A stretch of DNA of 38,932 nucleotides from Trichomonas gallinae (lineage: Eukaryota). Position numbers and translations under genes: made by a program. How positions within the stretch are numbered: position 1 is the first letter of the stretch; every line of letters begins with the position of its first letter. Shown here piece by piece: positions 10,547 to 19,774 of the stretch. Under the pieces are notes generated by a model. The model made no database searches. It saw only the letters and a list, made by a program, of their open reading frames with translations, and was not told the DNA's origin. The stretch spans positions 1-38,932 of the forward strand of contig MRSU01011515.1 of the NCBI GenBank assembly GCA_008369845.1. Direction: 5' to 3'.

Positions 10547-11000
10547 TATAATTGGTCTATCCGGTTTCTTTCCATTAAATCGATAAAACTTCAAATATTT
10601 TATTTTATAATGCAGCTGTTGAGGACCTGCTTCTCTTATTTTGTCACCAATACCTGAATTCCAGATAGTTAATTCTGGAATTACTTGTAGTGAAAGGCAA
10701 AATACGAGAAACAAAATCCTCTGTTTCTTACAAAAATAGGCATCTTTTGACAAACTACCAAATATGAATTCTATCACAAGTAAAAACAAAAAAAATCGAA
10801 GTAATTGATTTTTAAGGTTAATTTTAATGTTGATATTTTGTTATTTTAAATCCATAAATATACTATCTACTATGTATATAATTGAACAATCAAGGAAAAT
10901 GTATATATTATAGTTCAAATTAATTTTTTCAAAAATAAGTTTTTCAATTAAGTATATAACTTTAACAAACAAAACAACTAAAATAAAAAAAGATTAGAAA

Positions 11001-14000
11001 TTAAAATTTCTGTGCTATTGGCTCAAATAAGTTTTCAAATTGTTCACAAGGAAGACAATCAACGTCTTCTCTTGTATATCTATCGAGTATTATTGCTGCC
11101 TCTCTTACAAGAGGAACTAAAGCGTAGTCAGGAATGACAGTTTCGTCTGGTAATGGTCCGACATCATTCAAGCTCTGTTTCCTCTTTATTCTGACTCTAA
11201 AGAGCTTATCAATATATGGCTGTATGATGATGTGTACGTCATTGAACTGGGATGTGATAATTGTCGAATCATAACCAATTGGATTCTCGCACCAAATAAT
11301 GTGGACGTTGTCATTACCTATATGCTTCTTCTTTAAAATTCTCTGTGGATCGCTTTCATTGTTCGGCAGCAATGTTGATACGTGGAACATGACTTCATAT
11401 TGATTATCATCATAATAGATTGAATATGGGAATTTATCATTGGGCTCAAGTTTTGCTGTGTAAAACCTATGAGTGTTGAGATCAACGACAGTTCCCAGTG
11501 CTGTTAAAAATGAGTTGAACGCTTCAGATGAATTCGCTGAAGTATTAGAAAGAATTTCTTCCTGGGAAATTTGTTTTTCTGATACATATATTACACCAAT
11601 CTTGTGTATTTCGCGCGGTGACAGATTAAATGCTGGTAAAGCATATCTTACATTCGCTTTCGTTGCTGGAGTGTAATCCATGCCTCCGACACATAAATGT
11701 TTCATGAACGAGAAGAAGCTGCGAGATTTGATTCCATTTACCATCAATAAATCAATCTCTGGAGGTGTTATTGTTTCTATCTCGGCTAGATTCAAGTTGG
11801 AGCCATGTGTTGATGATGAATGTGCAATTGTTGGTGGTGGCTGAGTGTTATCGATCGGAGCTGGACTCTTTGACTTAACTCTTCTTTTAGGAGCAGAAAC
11901 TTTTGAAACGCGAGGCTTGAATGTTTTTTGTTCTTCGATTTTAATATTGTCGGCCTGTATATTATCTTTGTGTGAATTAAATTGAGATGGATCAAGCTTC
12001 ATGCAATTTGTGTATTTGGAAAGAATACTGCTGAGATTAACTGTATTTCTCTCGATTTCGTCTTCAATGTTTGCTTCTTCTGGAAAATTCAGGTTTTCGA
12101 CTTTAGATTTCCTTGATATGGAATGAATTGTAGACTTGCAATAAATAAAATGATTTCTGAACGTATAATCGAATTTTTCGTCTTCTAAATTTGAAATTCC
12201 TATCAATGATTTTTCAGGGCGAACAGCAAATATATCATATTCAATACCTGGAACAGGCGGCGGCATTTTCTCACCGAAAGCTGCACCATACATCGCTGCG
12301 CACAAAATATAATTGCTGTGCTCCTCGTTTTCGATTTTATTTGTGGCTTCTTTGATTGCTTTTCTGAATTTTGAAATTACGCTTTTCTTCATCTGAGTGG
12401 TATATTTATTTGATGCGTTGTAGTTCCTTACTAGTTTAGAAACAAGGATAACTATCATTATTATTTGCCATATATTGTTCGTGTTCAATGAAGCCAATAT
12501 TGCAAGCTTGCAGAATCTTCCAGTAAAGCCGTCAAATTTTTCTTCTAACTTTGAAATGAAATTAGTCAAATAACATAGCTCCATAATGTTGCCTTTCTCT
12601 AGTTTATCGATGCAAAAGTCGTCAGTCAGGTCTTTAACTACCTCATCCATGTTGTACATTGGCTCTGCAGCAAGGACAAATTCTAGGACAACGGAAAAGA
12701 AAGCGTTGAAAAGTAGGTCGAATCTAACATCATCATTTTTCATGCTTTTCACGCCTGGCTCGACGAAAGCCATGACGAGGATTTTGTTGACGAGTGTTGA
12801 CGAGTCGCTGCGACTTTGGTTCCAGACTCCTTCGAATAAATCCTTGTTTTCTTTCTTTAAATCAAATGATGCTTTATTTTCTTCGATTTTGCGAGGAAAT
12901 CTTACTTCTAATGGATGATTAAATACTCCAAGTGCTGAAAGCATGAAGGAATACTTAATTGGAAGAGGAATCGAGATATTTCTAGCTTGAAGATGATTTA
13001 ATATGAAAATTGCAAGAATGTTTGCACGTGGACTAAGGTTTAAGAATGCTTCTACTGCGATTGGTATTGTGAAATTAACAAACGAAACGTCATTTAGGCA
13101 TAAATATCTGATAATTATAGTAATCCATTGGTCAGCAACATTTTCATCGAGTTCATACGAATTAATCATGTAAATATGTCTTGCTGACATAGCTATTGAG
13201 TGTAAAGCGTCTGTATTATATTTATAATCAATTAAAGCTGGAAGAGCAGCATTGAAAAATGACTCAGAGATTGCTGTAGCCGTTTTATGTAACGAAAGTG
13301 GGATGATTTGCGCACAATACGATAGATAAGTTAGAAATGAATTAAATAATTCAGGAATATATGGAGAATTGAATATGAATCCGTACAAAAACTTCTTTGC
13401 TAAAGTCAAATCCCATCCTTCACAATAAATAGGAGGAATATAATATTTCGATTTATCGATTTGTGCGTTAAATTCTGCATAGAACTGTGGATCTGGGATA
13501 ATTCGTTCTTGTATTTCATTCGCATTAGTGAATAAGCTTACAAACATTTCATTAATTGGTCTTTCTGCTTTTTCATCAACAGGACTAGGATTATTGCGAG
13601 CATTTCTTTGTTTGACGCGTGTACAGAAGTTTTCTATGTCTTCTCTATTCAATCCAAGGAACACTGGAGAAAAAGCAACACCAAAAATTGCGATTAATTT
13701 TCTAAACATTATAACTACTTTGTCTGTATAGAATTCTGGTTTAACACCAAACCATTTCCAGAACTTTAGATCCGTTATCCTGAAATCAAATACCAAAAGG
13801 AAGAAAACTATCGAATAAATATATTCTAATTTTGTAGAATCGATTTGATTCATTACGCACGTGACAAACTCACGATTTTGTCCATCTTTGATAAGAGTTT
13901 GCCATCTCTTTCTGCACAATTTCATATAATATTCAATTGAATCGTCTAAAATTTTCTTTTGCATCAATTTTATGGAATTAGTGGACATTAAGCGAGCGCT

Positions 14001-15002
14001 GAGGGCTACAAACTCCACGACAACGTTCATCCTATCTTTAGAAATGCTTTGAAGGAATTCATCAACCGAAATAAATTTATTATCGATGTAAAAATCGAAA
14101 ATGTCGTTGAGAGCTTGAATGCCGTTTGTAAAATCGAATTTTGGTGGTGAATTGAAATAAAACTCTGTTAAAACTATAAAAGTATTGTAGAAAATAAAAG
14201 TTAAGAATGGATGAGTATTATAAAGCTCAAGGACGCCTTTAATTGCTGAAATTATTGATGGAGTTGTAATAAATTTATTAATAGCTATTCTGAAATCGTC
14301 AGGAATTATATATTTAGGGAGTTCGATATCTGTCTGCGATTCCACGATGACATCTGCTTGAATGACAATTGGAAGTAATGAGTTTATGATGATTGCCCAC
14401 CAAAATCTAACTAAAGTATCCTTTTTCTTCTGTAAATACTCGAGTAAAATATAAAATTTCATTTTAAAACTGGAATTAAGTTCGTTAGATCTATTTCTTG
14501 GGTTGTCTCTGATGTCCTTCATCATGAAATTTTTGAACATGAAGCCCCATTTCGACACATTTCGCTCTGATAATATGTAAGTCATGAGTTTAATGATCCT
14601 TTTGTAAACTTCGATCGAACTATCAACTCTATTTTGCGAAAGTATAATTGAACATATTTTGTAGATGCCTAATTCGAATCTTTCGTTTGTTTGAGCGATT
14701 TGAGGATAAACTTTAGATTTAACGATCCCATTTATAGATCTTAAAAATGTGGGTGCTTGACCAAGGATGATACTATCGTTTGAAGGCTGATTTTTCAACT
14801 GACTGAGTTTGATTAAATAATATTCAAGCAAATCGTTGCCAGCTTCCTGCACAATGTTAACATCATCCGTGCCAATGGCTTTCCTGACTTCCAATAAAAT
14901 AGTATAGGGTGATTTTTCGCCAGGAGCATGAGGAAACATAATTTTTCTGTCAGGAATGTGACAGAAATTTTTATAAAAAAAATCTTTTGGTCCATAAAAC
15001 AT
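11001..15002 (-). CDS. Rap/Ran-GAP domain protein (RalGAP-alpha/tuberin-like)
   Basis: C-terminal REIHKIGVIYV...EVMFHVSTLLP...KKKHIGNDNVHIIWCE...SQFNDVHIII with the catalytic Asn of HIGND, after a long helical N-terminus. Alternative start at MFPHAPG. Confidence 0.9.
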   Translation of the reverse strand: MFYGPKDFFYKNFCHIPDRKIMFPHAPGEKSPYTILLEVRKAIGTDDVNIVQEAGNDLLEYYLIKLSQLKNQPSNDSIILGQAPTFLRSINGIVKSKVYPQIAQTNERFELGIYKICSIILSQNRVDSSIEVYKRIIKLMTYILSERNVSKWGFMFKNFMMKDIRDNPRNRSNELNSSFKMKFYILLEYLQKKKDTLVRFWWAIIINSLLPIVIQADVIVESQTDIELPKYIIPDDFRIAINKFITTPSIISAIKGVLELYNTHPFLTFIFYNTFIVLTEFYFNSPPKFDFTNGIQALNDIFDFYIDNKFISVDEFLQSISKDRMNVVVEFVALSARLMSTNSIKLMQKKILDDSIEYYMKLCRKRWQTLIKDGQNREFVTCVMNQIDSTKLEYIYSIVFFLLVFDFRITDLKFWKWFGVKPEFYTDKVVIMFRKLIAIFGVAFSPVFLGLNREDIENFCTRVKQRNARNNPSPVDEKAERPINEMFVSLFTNANEIQERIIPDPQFYAEFNAQIDKSKYYIPPIYCEGWDLTLAKKFLYGFIFNSPYIPELFNSFLTYLSYCAQIIPLSLHKTATAISESFFNAALPALIDYKYNTDALHSIAMSARHIYMINSYELDENVADQWITIIIRYLCLNDVSFVNFTIPIAVEAFLNLSPRANILAIFILNHLQARNISIPLPIKYSFMLSALGVFNHPLEVRFPRKIEENKASFDLKKENKDLFEGVWNQSRSDSSTLVNKILVMAFVEPGVKSMKNDDVRFDLLFNAFFSVVLEFVLAAEPMYNMDEVVKDLTDDFCIDKLEKGNIMELCYLTNFISKLEEKFDGFTGRFCKLAILASLNTNNIWQIIMIVILVSKLVRNYNASNKYTTQMKKSVISKFRKAIKEATNKIENEEHSNYILCAAMYGAAFGEKMPPPVPGIEYDIFAVRPEKSLIGISNLEDEKFDYTFRNHFIYCKSTIHSISRKSKVENLNFPEEANIEDEIERNTVNLSSILSKYTNCMKLDPSQFNSHKDNIQADNIKIEEQKTFKPRVSKVSAPKRRVKSKSPAPIDNTQPPPTIAHSSSTHGSNLNLAEIETITPPEIDLLMVNGIKSRSFFSFMKHLCVGGMDYTPATKANVRYALPAFNLSPREIHKIGVIYVSEKQISQEEILSNTSANSSEAFNSFLTALGTVVDLNTHRFYTAKLEPNDKFPYSIYYDDNQYEVMFHVSTLLPNNESDPQRILKKKHIGNDNVHIIWCENPIGYDSTIITSQFNDVHIIIQPYIDKLFRVRIKRKQSLNDVGPLPDETVIPDYALVPLVREAAIILDRYTREDVDCLPCEQFENLFEPIAQKF

Positions 15003-15248
15003 TTTAAAATAAATTTAGAGAATACGATTATTTTTTCATTGAGATGATTGAATGGTTTATATAATCGTCCCCTCAATTTGAAGGATAAACGATTTTTGTG
15101 TCCATTTACGAGTCTGAGACGTAATACAGCATCTTTGTATGATACATATCAAATCCTTCTAGTGCAAAAATGTTGAGGGTAGTTCTAATCACGAGTATAT
15201 CACTTTTCATTAATTTCTGCTTTTGTAAAGCTCAAAAAAATGAACATA

Positions 15249-15498
15249 TGACATGTAAATTTTCATGTTGAATTAATTTTTGACTTTTTGACAAGTAAAT
15301 TTTTCTATCCTTGCGTTGCAATACAGTTTTTGTCCAGCTAGGTATTTGGTTTAGTGTTAATAAAAAGGTTTTTTGGCGCAAGCATTCTTCTTGTTTTTAG
15401 ATTGACATTAAGGTTGAATGAAGCAAATGAAACTTTAACACTGACAATATAGATCAAATTTGACACGTAAAGACAAAACTAAAAATTTGACATGTAAA
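15249..15498 (+). promoter_or_regulatory. Cluster of four TGACANGTAAA motifs in a divergent promoter region
   Basis: Copies at 15249, 15289, 15461 and 15488. Regulatory function is inferred only. Confidence 0.5.
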
Positions 15499-15632
15499 TA
15501 TAAAATTTGTTATGTAAAAAAATTAAACTAATTCAAAAAATAATCTTATGATATTTAGAATTATTACGTAATGTGGATTCTAATTTCTGGTTAAAATCGA
15601 ATTGAAAGGATTTGGAGGTTTTGACATCTACT

Positions 15633-15968
15633 ATGAGTGACGAGATTGATAAGAGTCACCTTGTTCGTGAAATGAACCAACACTTCGGTACAGCATTACA
15701 ATTAATTTCTGAGTCATCTGCAACCAACAATGCAAAAATTAGAGAAGAAATCAAAGAATTTTTTGTTAAAGCAGAAGAAATAGAAAAGGAAATCGCTAAG
15801 AAAGAAGTTTCATCAATAGGATATGTTAAAAAGTGCGAATTAGAAGAAATCATTAAACAAAAACAAAACGTTCTTACTTTCATTGATAAGTTTGATGATC
15901 AGATTGGTGAAATTGAAGCCTCTCTTCGTCAATGCATTAGAGAACATTCCACACATCTACAGTGTTAA
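15633..15968 (+). CDS. Small helical protein, possible Mediator subunit Med28-like (111 aa)
   Basis: First ATG at 15633 (the track starts at a TTG). LVREMNQHFGTALQLI...IKEFFVKAEEIE...ELEEIIKQKQNVL resembles the Med28 pattern as recalled. The ORF is more secure than the family call. Confidence 0.5.
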   Translation: MSDEIDKSHLVREMNQHFGTALQLISESSATNNAKIREEIKEFFVKAEEIEKEIAKKEVSSIGYVKKCELEEIIKQKQNVLTFIDKFDDQIGEIEASLRQCIREHSTHLQC

Positions 15969-16155
15969 GTAATATTAAATGTTTTTATGTGCAATATGTT
16001 ATATTTTTATTTTTTGAACAATTAGAATATATTTAAGGACAAACAATCTAGATTTAAAGGTATATATTTATCATAATTTTATTGCGAGTTATTACATGTT
16101 TCGAAAGCAAATTTGAAAATATATATATTTTATTGCAAAAAAAAAATAATAGAAA

Positions 16156-16731
16156 TTATTGGATGATTTCATTATCAAGTAATACTTTCAAGTAGTCTTG
16201 TCCGAGGCAAGTAAATGAGTATTCTTCCGTTGGTGAAGATTGTGGAGTATACAATTTGATCTGAAGGTCCATTGTTTTACATACGCTAGAGAATATAAGT
16301 TCAGGATTAACTGATAATTTTGTAACAGGAAGGTATTCAATATCAAATAAAATACCAACTTGTTTCTCTTTAGCGATTGCAATACCATAACGAACTTTAA
16401 AATCACCCAACTGGGCCATTGATCCATCAATTTTGAATATTAATGTCTTTTTATCGAAAGCTAAACCAATATCTGATAGAACGCTCGGGAAATTGGCATC
16501 ACCAACTAATGTTAAGACATTCGAAATTAGTATATTTTGATCTGGTGTATCATTGAATTGAATTAATCGAGTTAAATTGGCGTCTTGCTTTTTTGAGAAA
16601 ATCTTGCAAGTCCAGGTCTCAAATCCAAAAGCTCCAAGCTGGAAAAGGTACTCTCTGAACTTGTTGAGATACTTGGATGCATCATCGCCGTAATCGCCGG
16701 GTTTCAAAAAGCCAACAGCTCTGATGCCCAT
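16156..16731 (-). CDS. MED20: Mediator complex subunit 20-like
   Basis: MGIRAV start, LFQLGA, LVGDANF, GDFKVRYG, GILFDIEYLP and terminal Y..L..DYLKVL are colinear with animal Med20 as recalled (MGVTCV, LEMLGA, LIADTNF, DFLVKVG, GISVEVEYGP). Length is similar. Confidence 0.8.
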   Translation of the reverse strand: MGIRAVGFLKPGDYGDDASKYLNKFREYLFQLGAFGFETWTCKIFSKKQDANLTRLIQFNDTPDQNILISNVLTLVGDANFPSVLSDIGLAFDKKTLIFKIDGSMAQLGDFKVRYGIAIAKEKQVGILFDIEYLPVTKLSVNPELIFSSVCKTMDLQIKLYTPQSSPTEEYSFTCLGQDYLKVLLDNEIIQ

Positions 16732-16736
16732 TTTGG

Positions 16737-16744
16737 AAAAATGA
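16737..16744 (-). promoter_or_regulatory. Inr TCATTTTT
   Basis: Ends 5 nt upstream of the Med20-like ATG at 16731. Confidence 0.8.
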
Positions 16745-17128
16745 TTTTTTTAAATTCAAATATTTTGATTGATTATGAACCAATACAATCCATAATTTCT
16801 ATTTACCGCCTTAAAAACCGCAAATCATGAAACACTTCAATTGTTGAAGAAAAATTATTAAAATCAAAGATTTACAATTTTTACATGAAATTTCCATTTT
16901 TCTAATTTGCTAATATAAATTTTCTGAAAATAAAATGAGAATATATCTATATTATTCCTTTTAAGTAATATTATCAAATAAAATTTAACTATATCCATAT
17001 AATATTCCAAATTGATCATTCAATTATCAAGAATTTTATTGGATTTTGCTAAAATGAAACATGTAAAATATAACATAATTACTATATAACTATATTTACA
17101 ATACAAACAAATGGTTAATGACATATAA

Positions 17129-18556
17129 TTACCAAGGTAAGAAAATAATTTCGTTGGTATCTGATGCATACTTGTTAGCGTTGTCGTTCATATTCCACAA
17201 GGGGAATACGGCGAGGAATGTGTCAACTTTTCTGAATTTAGAACAACTTATGATAACTTGTCGCGGTTTTTCGAATGTAATCCTAACAGAGTACAAATCA
17301 CCCGTCAAAGAAGTAGCATGGGCAATATCTTCTTTTGTGGTGTGGCCAGATGATAGAATTTCTGAGGCCGTTGCAATTAAATTTGCAAAATTTGAAAATG
17401 ATGCACAAACGGCCAATGACTGGAATTCTTTTAGCTCAAAGCAGTATAGACCACCAATATCGACCTGACGAGCAAGAATTGCAGCCTCATTTTCAATTTC
17501 GGTAAAGAAAGGACCTAGTCCTGCTGTTTGCGAACGAGATAGATAATCGAAAAGAGAGTATGGAGTTCCTCGCATTCCAGATGCAAGGTTGCAAATAAAT
17601 AAGTGAGTTATATAAATAAATCTAAGAATTGTCTCTTCGCAGACGAAATGCACTGGTGCATTAGGGTACTTTATACCAAGCCCAATGAATTCTGTAAAGG
17701 TTGAGAGTATTTCTTGAGTTATATCAAAATCGCGAAAAATTGTTGATTCATGCGAAAAAGCTGTTAGAATACTCGCAACAAGAGCGTAATCTGAGTAATC
17801 GAATGGATAAAATTTGAAATCTGCTGGTTTTAATTTGAAATTGAATGGATACTGCAATTTAATTTCGGTAAATTGTCGAATTGCTGAGGATAAACTGTGC
17901 AAAAACTTTAATCTAAAGTTCATAACTATGTTTTGCTGTGAACTGGAGTAAGTTCCTGGATATTTAGCCATCGTAACTAAATCGTAATCTGTGCAGTTAT
18001 CTTCATCAGCAAGAGCATCAAGTTTGTTTCCACATGGATTAAATCTTGTTCCTGAGGCAGCCAATTCATCAGTTTCGCCCTCATCATCTGAGGCATTAGT
18101 CATTGAACCAAGAGCGCCAAACATAAGCAGATAATGTGTTCTGTTAAAGACAGTGTTACTAACTACACTGTCCTCTATAGCTAGTTGTTGTGGTCGTAAA
18201 CGATAAGATGTTTTTCCTCTACCAACGAAGTCGTTTAGCCGAATTTTTGTAAGATGTTTGCTTTCTTCTTCAGATGCTTGTTTGTTCTTTTGTATAAATG
18301 TCAATGAGATCGTTGGAATTAAAAATCGAGTCAGATCAATTGATGACTTCATTTCATCAACAGAGCCGGATTTTGTTAGTACACACTTTCTAATATCCTT
18401 CCTTGGTAAAATTGATGCAAGTTTATATTCGACTATATTTTCGAGCGATGAATTTTTTGTTTGAAAGTCAGCCAATACCAATGGATCTGATAAGTATTTG
18501 CCGATTATTCCTGAGCTGAGTGCTAGCTGGTCATCGGTTAACAAACCGAGATCCAT
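17129..18556 (-). CDS. Hypothetical protein (475 aa)
   Basis: Long ORF with AAAAATG start context. No family recognised. Confidence 0.8.
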   Translation of the reverse strand: MDLGLLTDDQLALSSGIIGKYLSDPLVLADFQTKNSSLENIVEYKLASILPRKDIRKCVLTKSGSVDEMKSSIDLTRFLIPTISLTFIQKNKQASEEESKHLTKIRLNDFVGRGKTSYRLRPQQLAIEDSVVSNTVFNRTHYLLMFGALGSMTNASDDEGETDELAASGTRFNPCGNKLDALADEDNCTDYDLVTMAKYPGTYSSSQQNIVMNFRLKFLHSLSSAIRQFTEIKLQYPFNFKLKPADFKFYPFDYSDYALVASILTAFSHESTIFRDFDITQEILSTFTEFIGLGIKYPNAPVHFVCEETILRFIYITHLFICNLASGMRGTPYSLFDYLSRSQTAGLGPFFTEIENEAAILARQVDIGGLYCFELKEFQSLAVCASFSNFANLIATASEILSSGHTTKEDIAHATSLTGDLYSVRITFEKPRQVIISCSKFRKVDTFLAVFPLWNMNDNANKYASDTNEIIFLPW

Positions 18557-18624
18557 TTTTAATTTACACCTGAATTATAATATCTACCCTTTCTTTTACA
18601 AACAGCCCCTCTTTTTATTATTCC

Positions 18625-19065
18625 ATGAATATTCAACCAAATATTAATGTTGTTGAAACGGAAACAGAGGAGTTTATGAATAAATTCATTAGAAACGAAT
18701 TAGATAAGCAAAATAGGTTGATAAATGATGGAAAAGCTCGCGATGAAAAATTCTTTGGTAAATTTAATGGTAAAGTTCCTCTTGATCCATTATACAAAGA
18801 ATATATTGATCAATTAGAACTGAAAAATTCCGATTTACAAAGCAAAATAGACAGTCTTCTCCTTGGAAATGAACCAGATTATGAATATATTAATAATTTG
18901 ATTAAAACAATGTCACAAGTATCTGCAATTACTCCAGAAAGTTATAATAAGCTACAAGACAAAATCGAAAATATTCAAAGTGAAACAAATAAGATTTTGA
19001 ATGAAGAAATTCCAGCACTAATAGCAGAATATGAACGTGTAGCATCTACACATAATCACGAATAA
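18625..19065 (+). CDS. Hypothetical coiled-coil protein (146 aa)
   Basis: Protein-like composition, CCTTT (M5-like) at 18588-18592 upstream, and stop reads TAAA. Confidence 0.7.
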   Translation: MNIQPNINVVETETEEFMNKFIRNELDKQNRLINDGKARDEKFFGKFNGKVPLDPLYKEYIDQLELKNSDLQSKIDSLLLGNEPDYEYINNLIKTMSQVSAITPESYNKLQDKIENIQSETNKILNEEIPALIAEYERVASTHNHE

Positions 19066-19739
19066 ATTGTTTTGATATATTGTTAACACTGCTAAATATA
19101 TCAAATATTTTGAAATCTGTTTATTCTCATTCAGAAATTAACATCATGAGCATAACATATAGTTTATTATGTAACTTAGCTTCAATAGATATTAGTTTTG
19201 AAATCTTCAATATTGATATAAAATTAACAATTCGAATTTTTCTTCATGAACCAAAGAAACATACAAGATGCTAATTCGATTTGAAGAATATGATAAGATA
19301 AGAAGCAAGTAATTTGTATAATCAAATAGTAAAAATTAATATATGATATATTATATATAGATAATCATAAAACTACAATAAAATTAATATATTAACGACA
19401 AATTTTTTTTAAAAAATGTAAAAATCAATAAATGATAAGTTATATGTAGTTGATTCTAGAATCACAACAAAATTGATATATTAATCGACAAATTTTTGAG
19501 AAAAATAAATTTTTGTCTGAGAGTTGTACGTTTTCCAGATTTTATGAATCAAATATGCCATATATAAAAATATTTATAATTTAACAAAAATCGATGAAAA
19601 AATCAAAAAAGTGACTGTCAAAATCTCTAATCTGTCAGAATAACATTTTTAATCGAAATATAGCATTATTATGTATTGTGATGCTAGAAAAACAGGCGAA
19701 TGGTCACAATTATAAAATGTGAGGTGGCGTTAGGCCGCG

Positions 19740-19747
19740 TCACTTTT
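19740..19747 (+). promoter_or_regulatory. Inr TCACTTTT
   Basis: Lies downstream of ATG 19700 and upstream of ATG 19775, which supports 19775 as the true start. Confidence 0.75.
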
Positions 19748-19774
19748 TGTTTTCGGGTCAAACCAAAAATAATA

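Noticed and set aside
18205..18235. FVGRGKTS as a Walker A motif
   Set aside because: Lacks the leading G/A of GxxxxGK[ST], and no Walker B context was seen.
19080..19274. Short intergenic ORFs (also 26861-27124, 28611-28811, 28819-29034, 36242-36595)
   Set aside because: Low-complexity AT-rich or antisense translations with no supporting signals.
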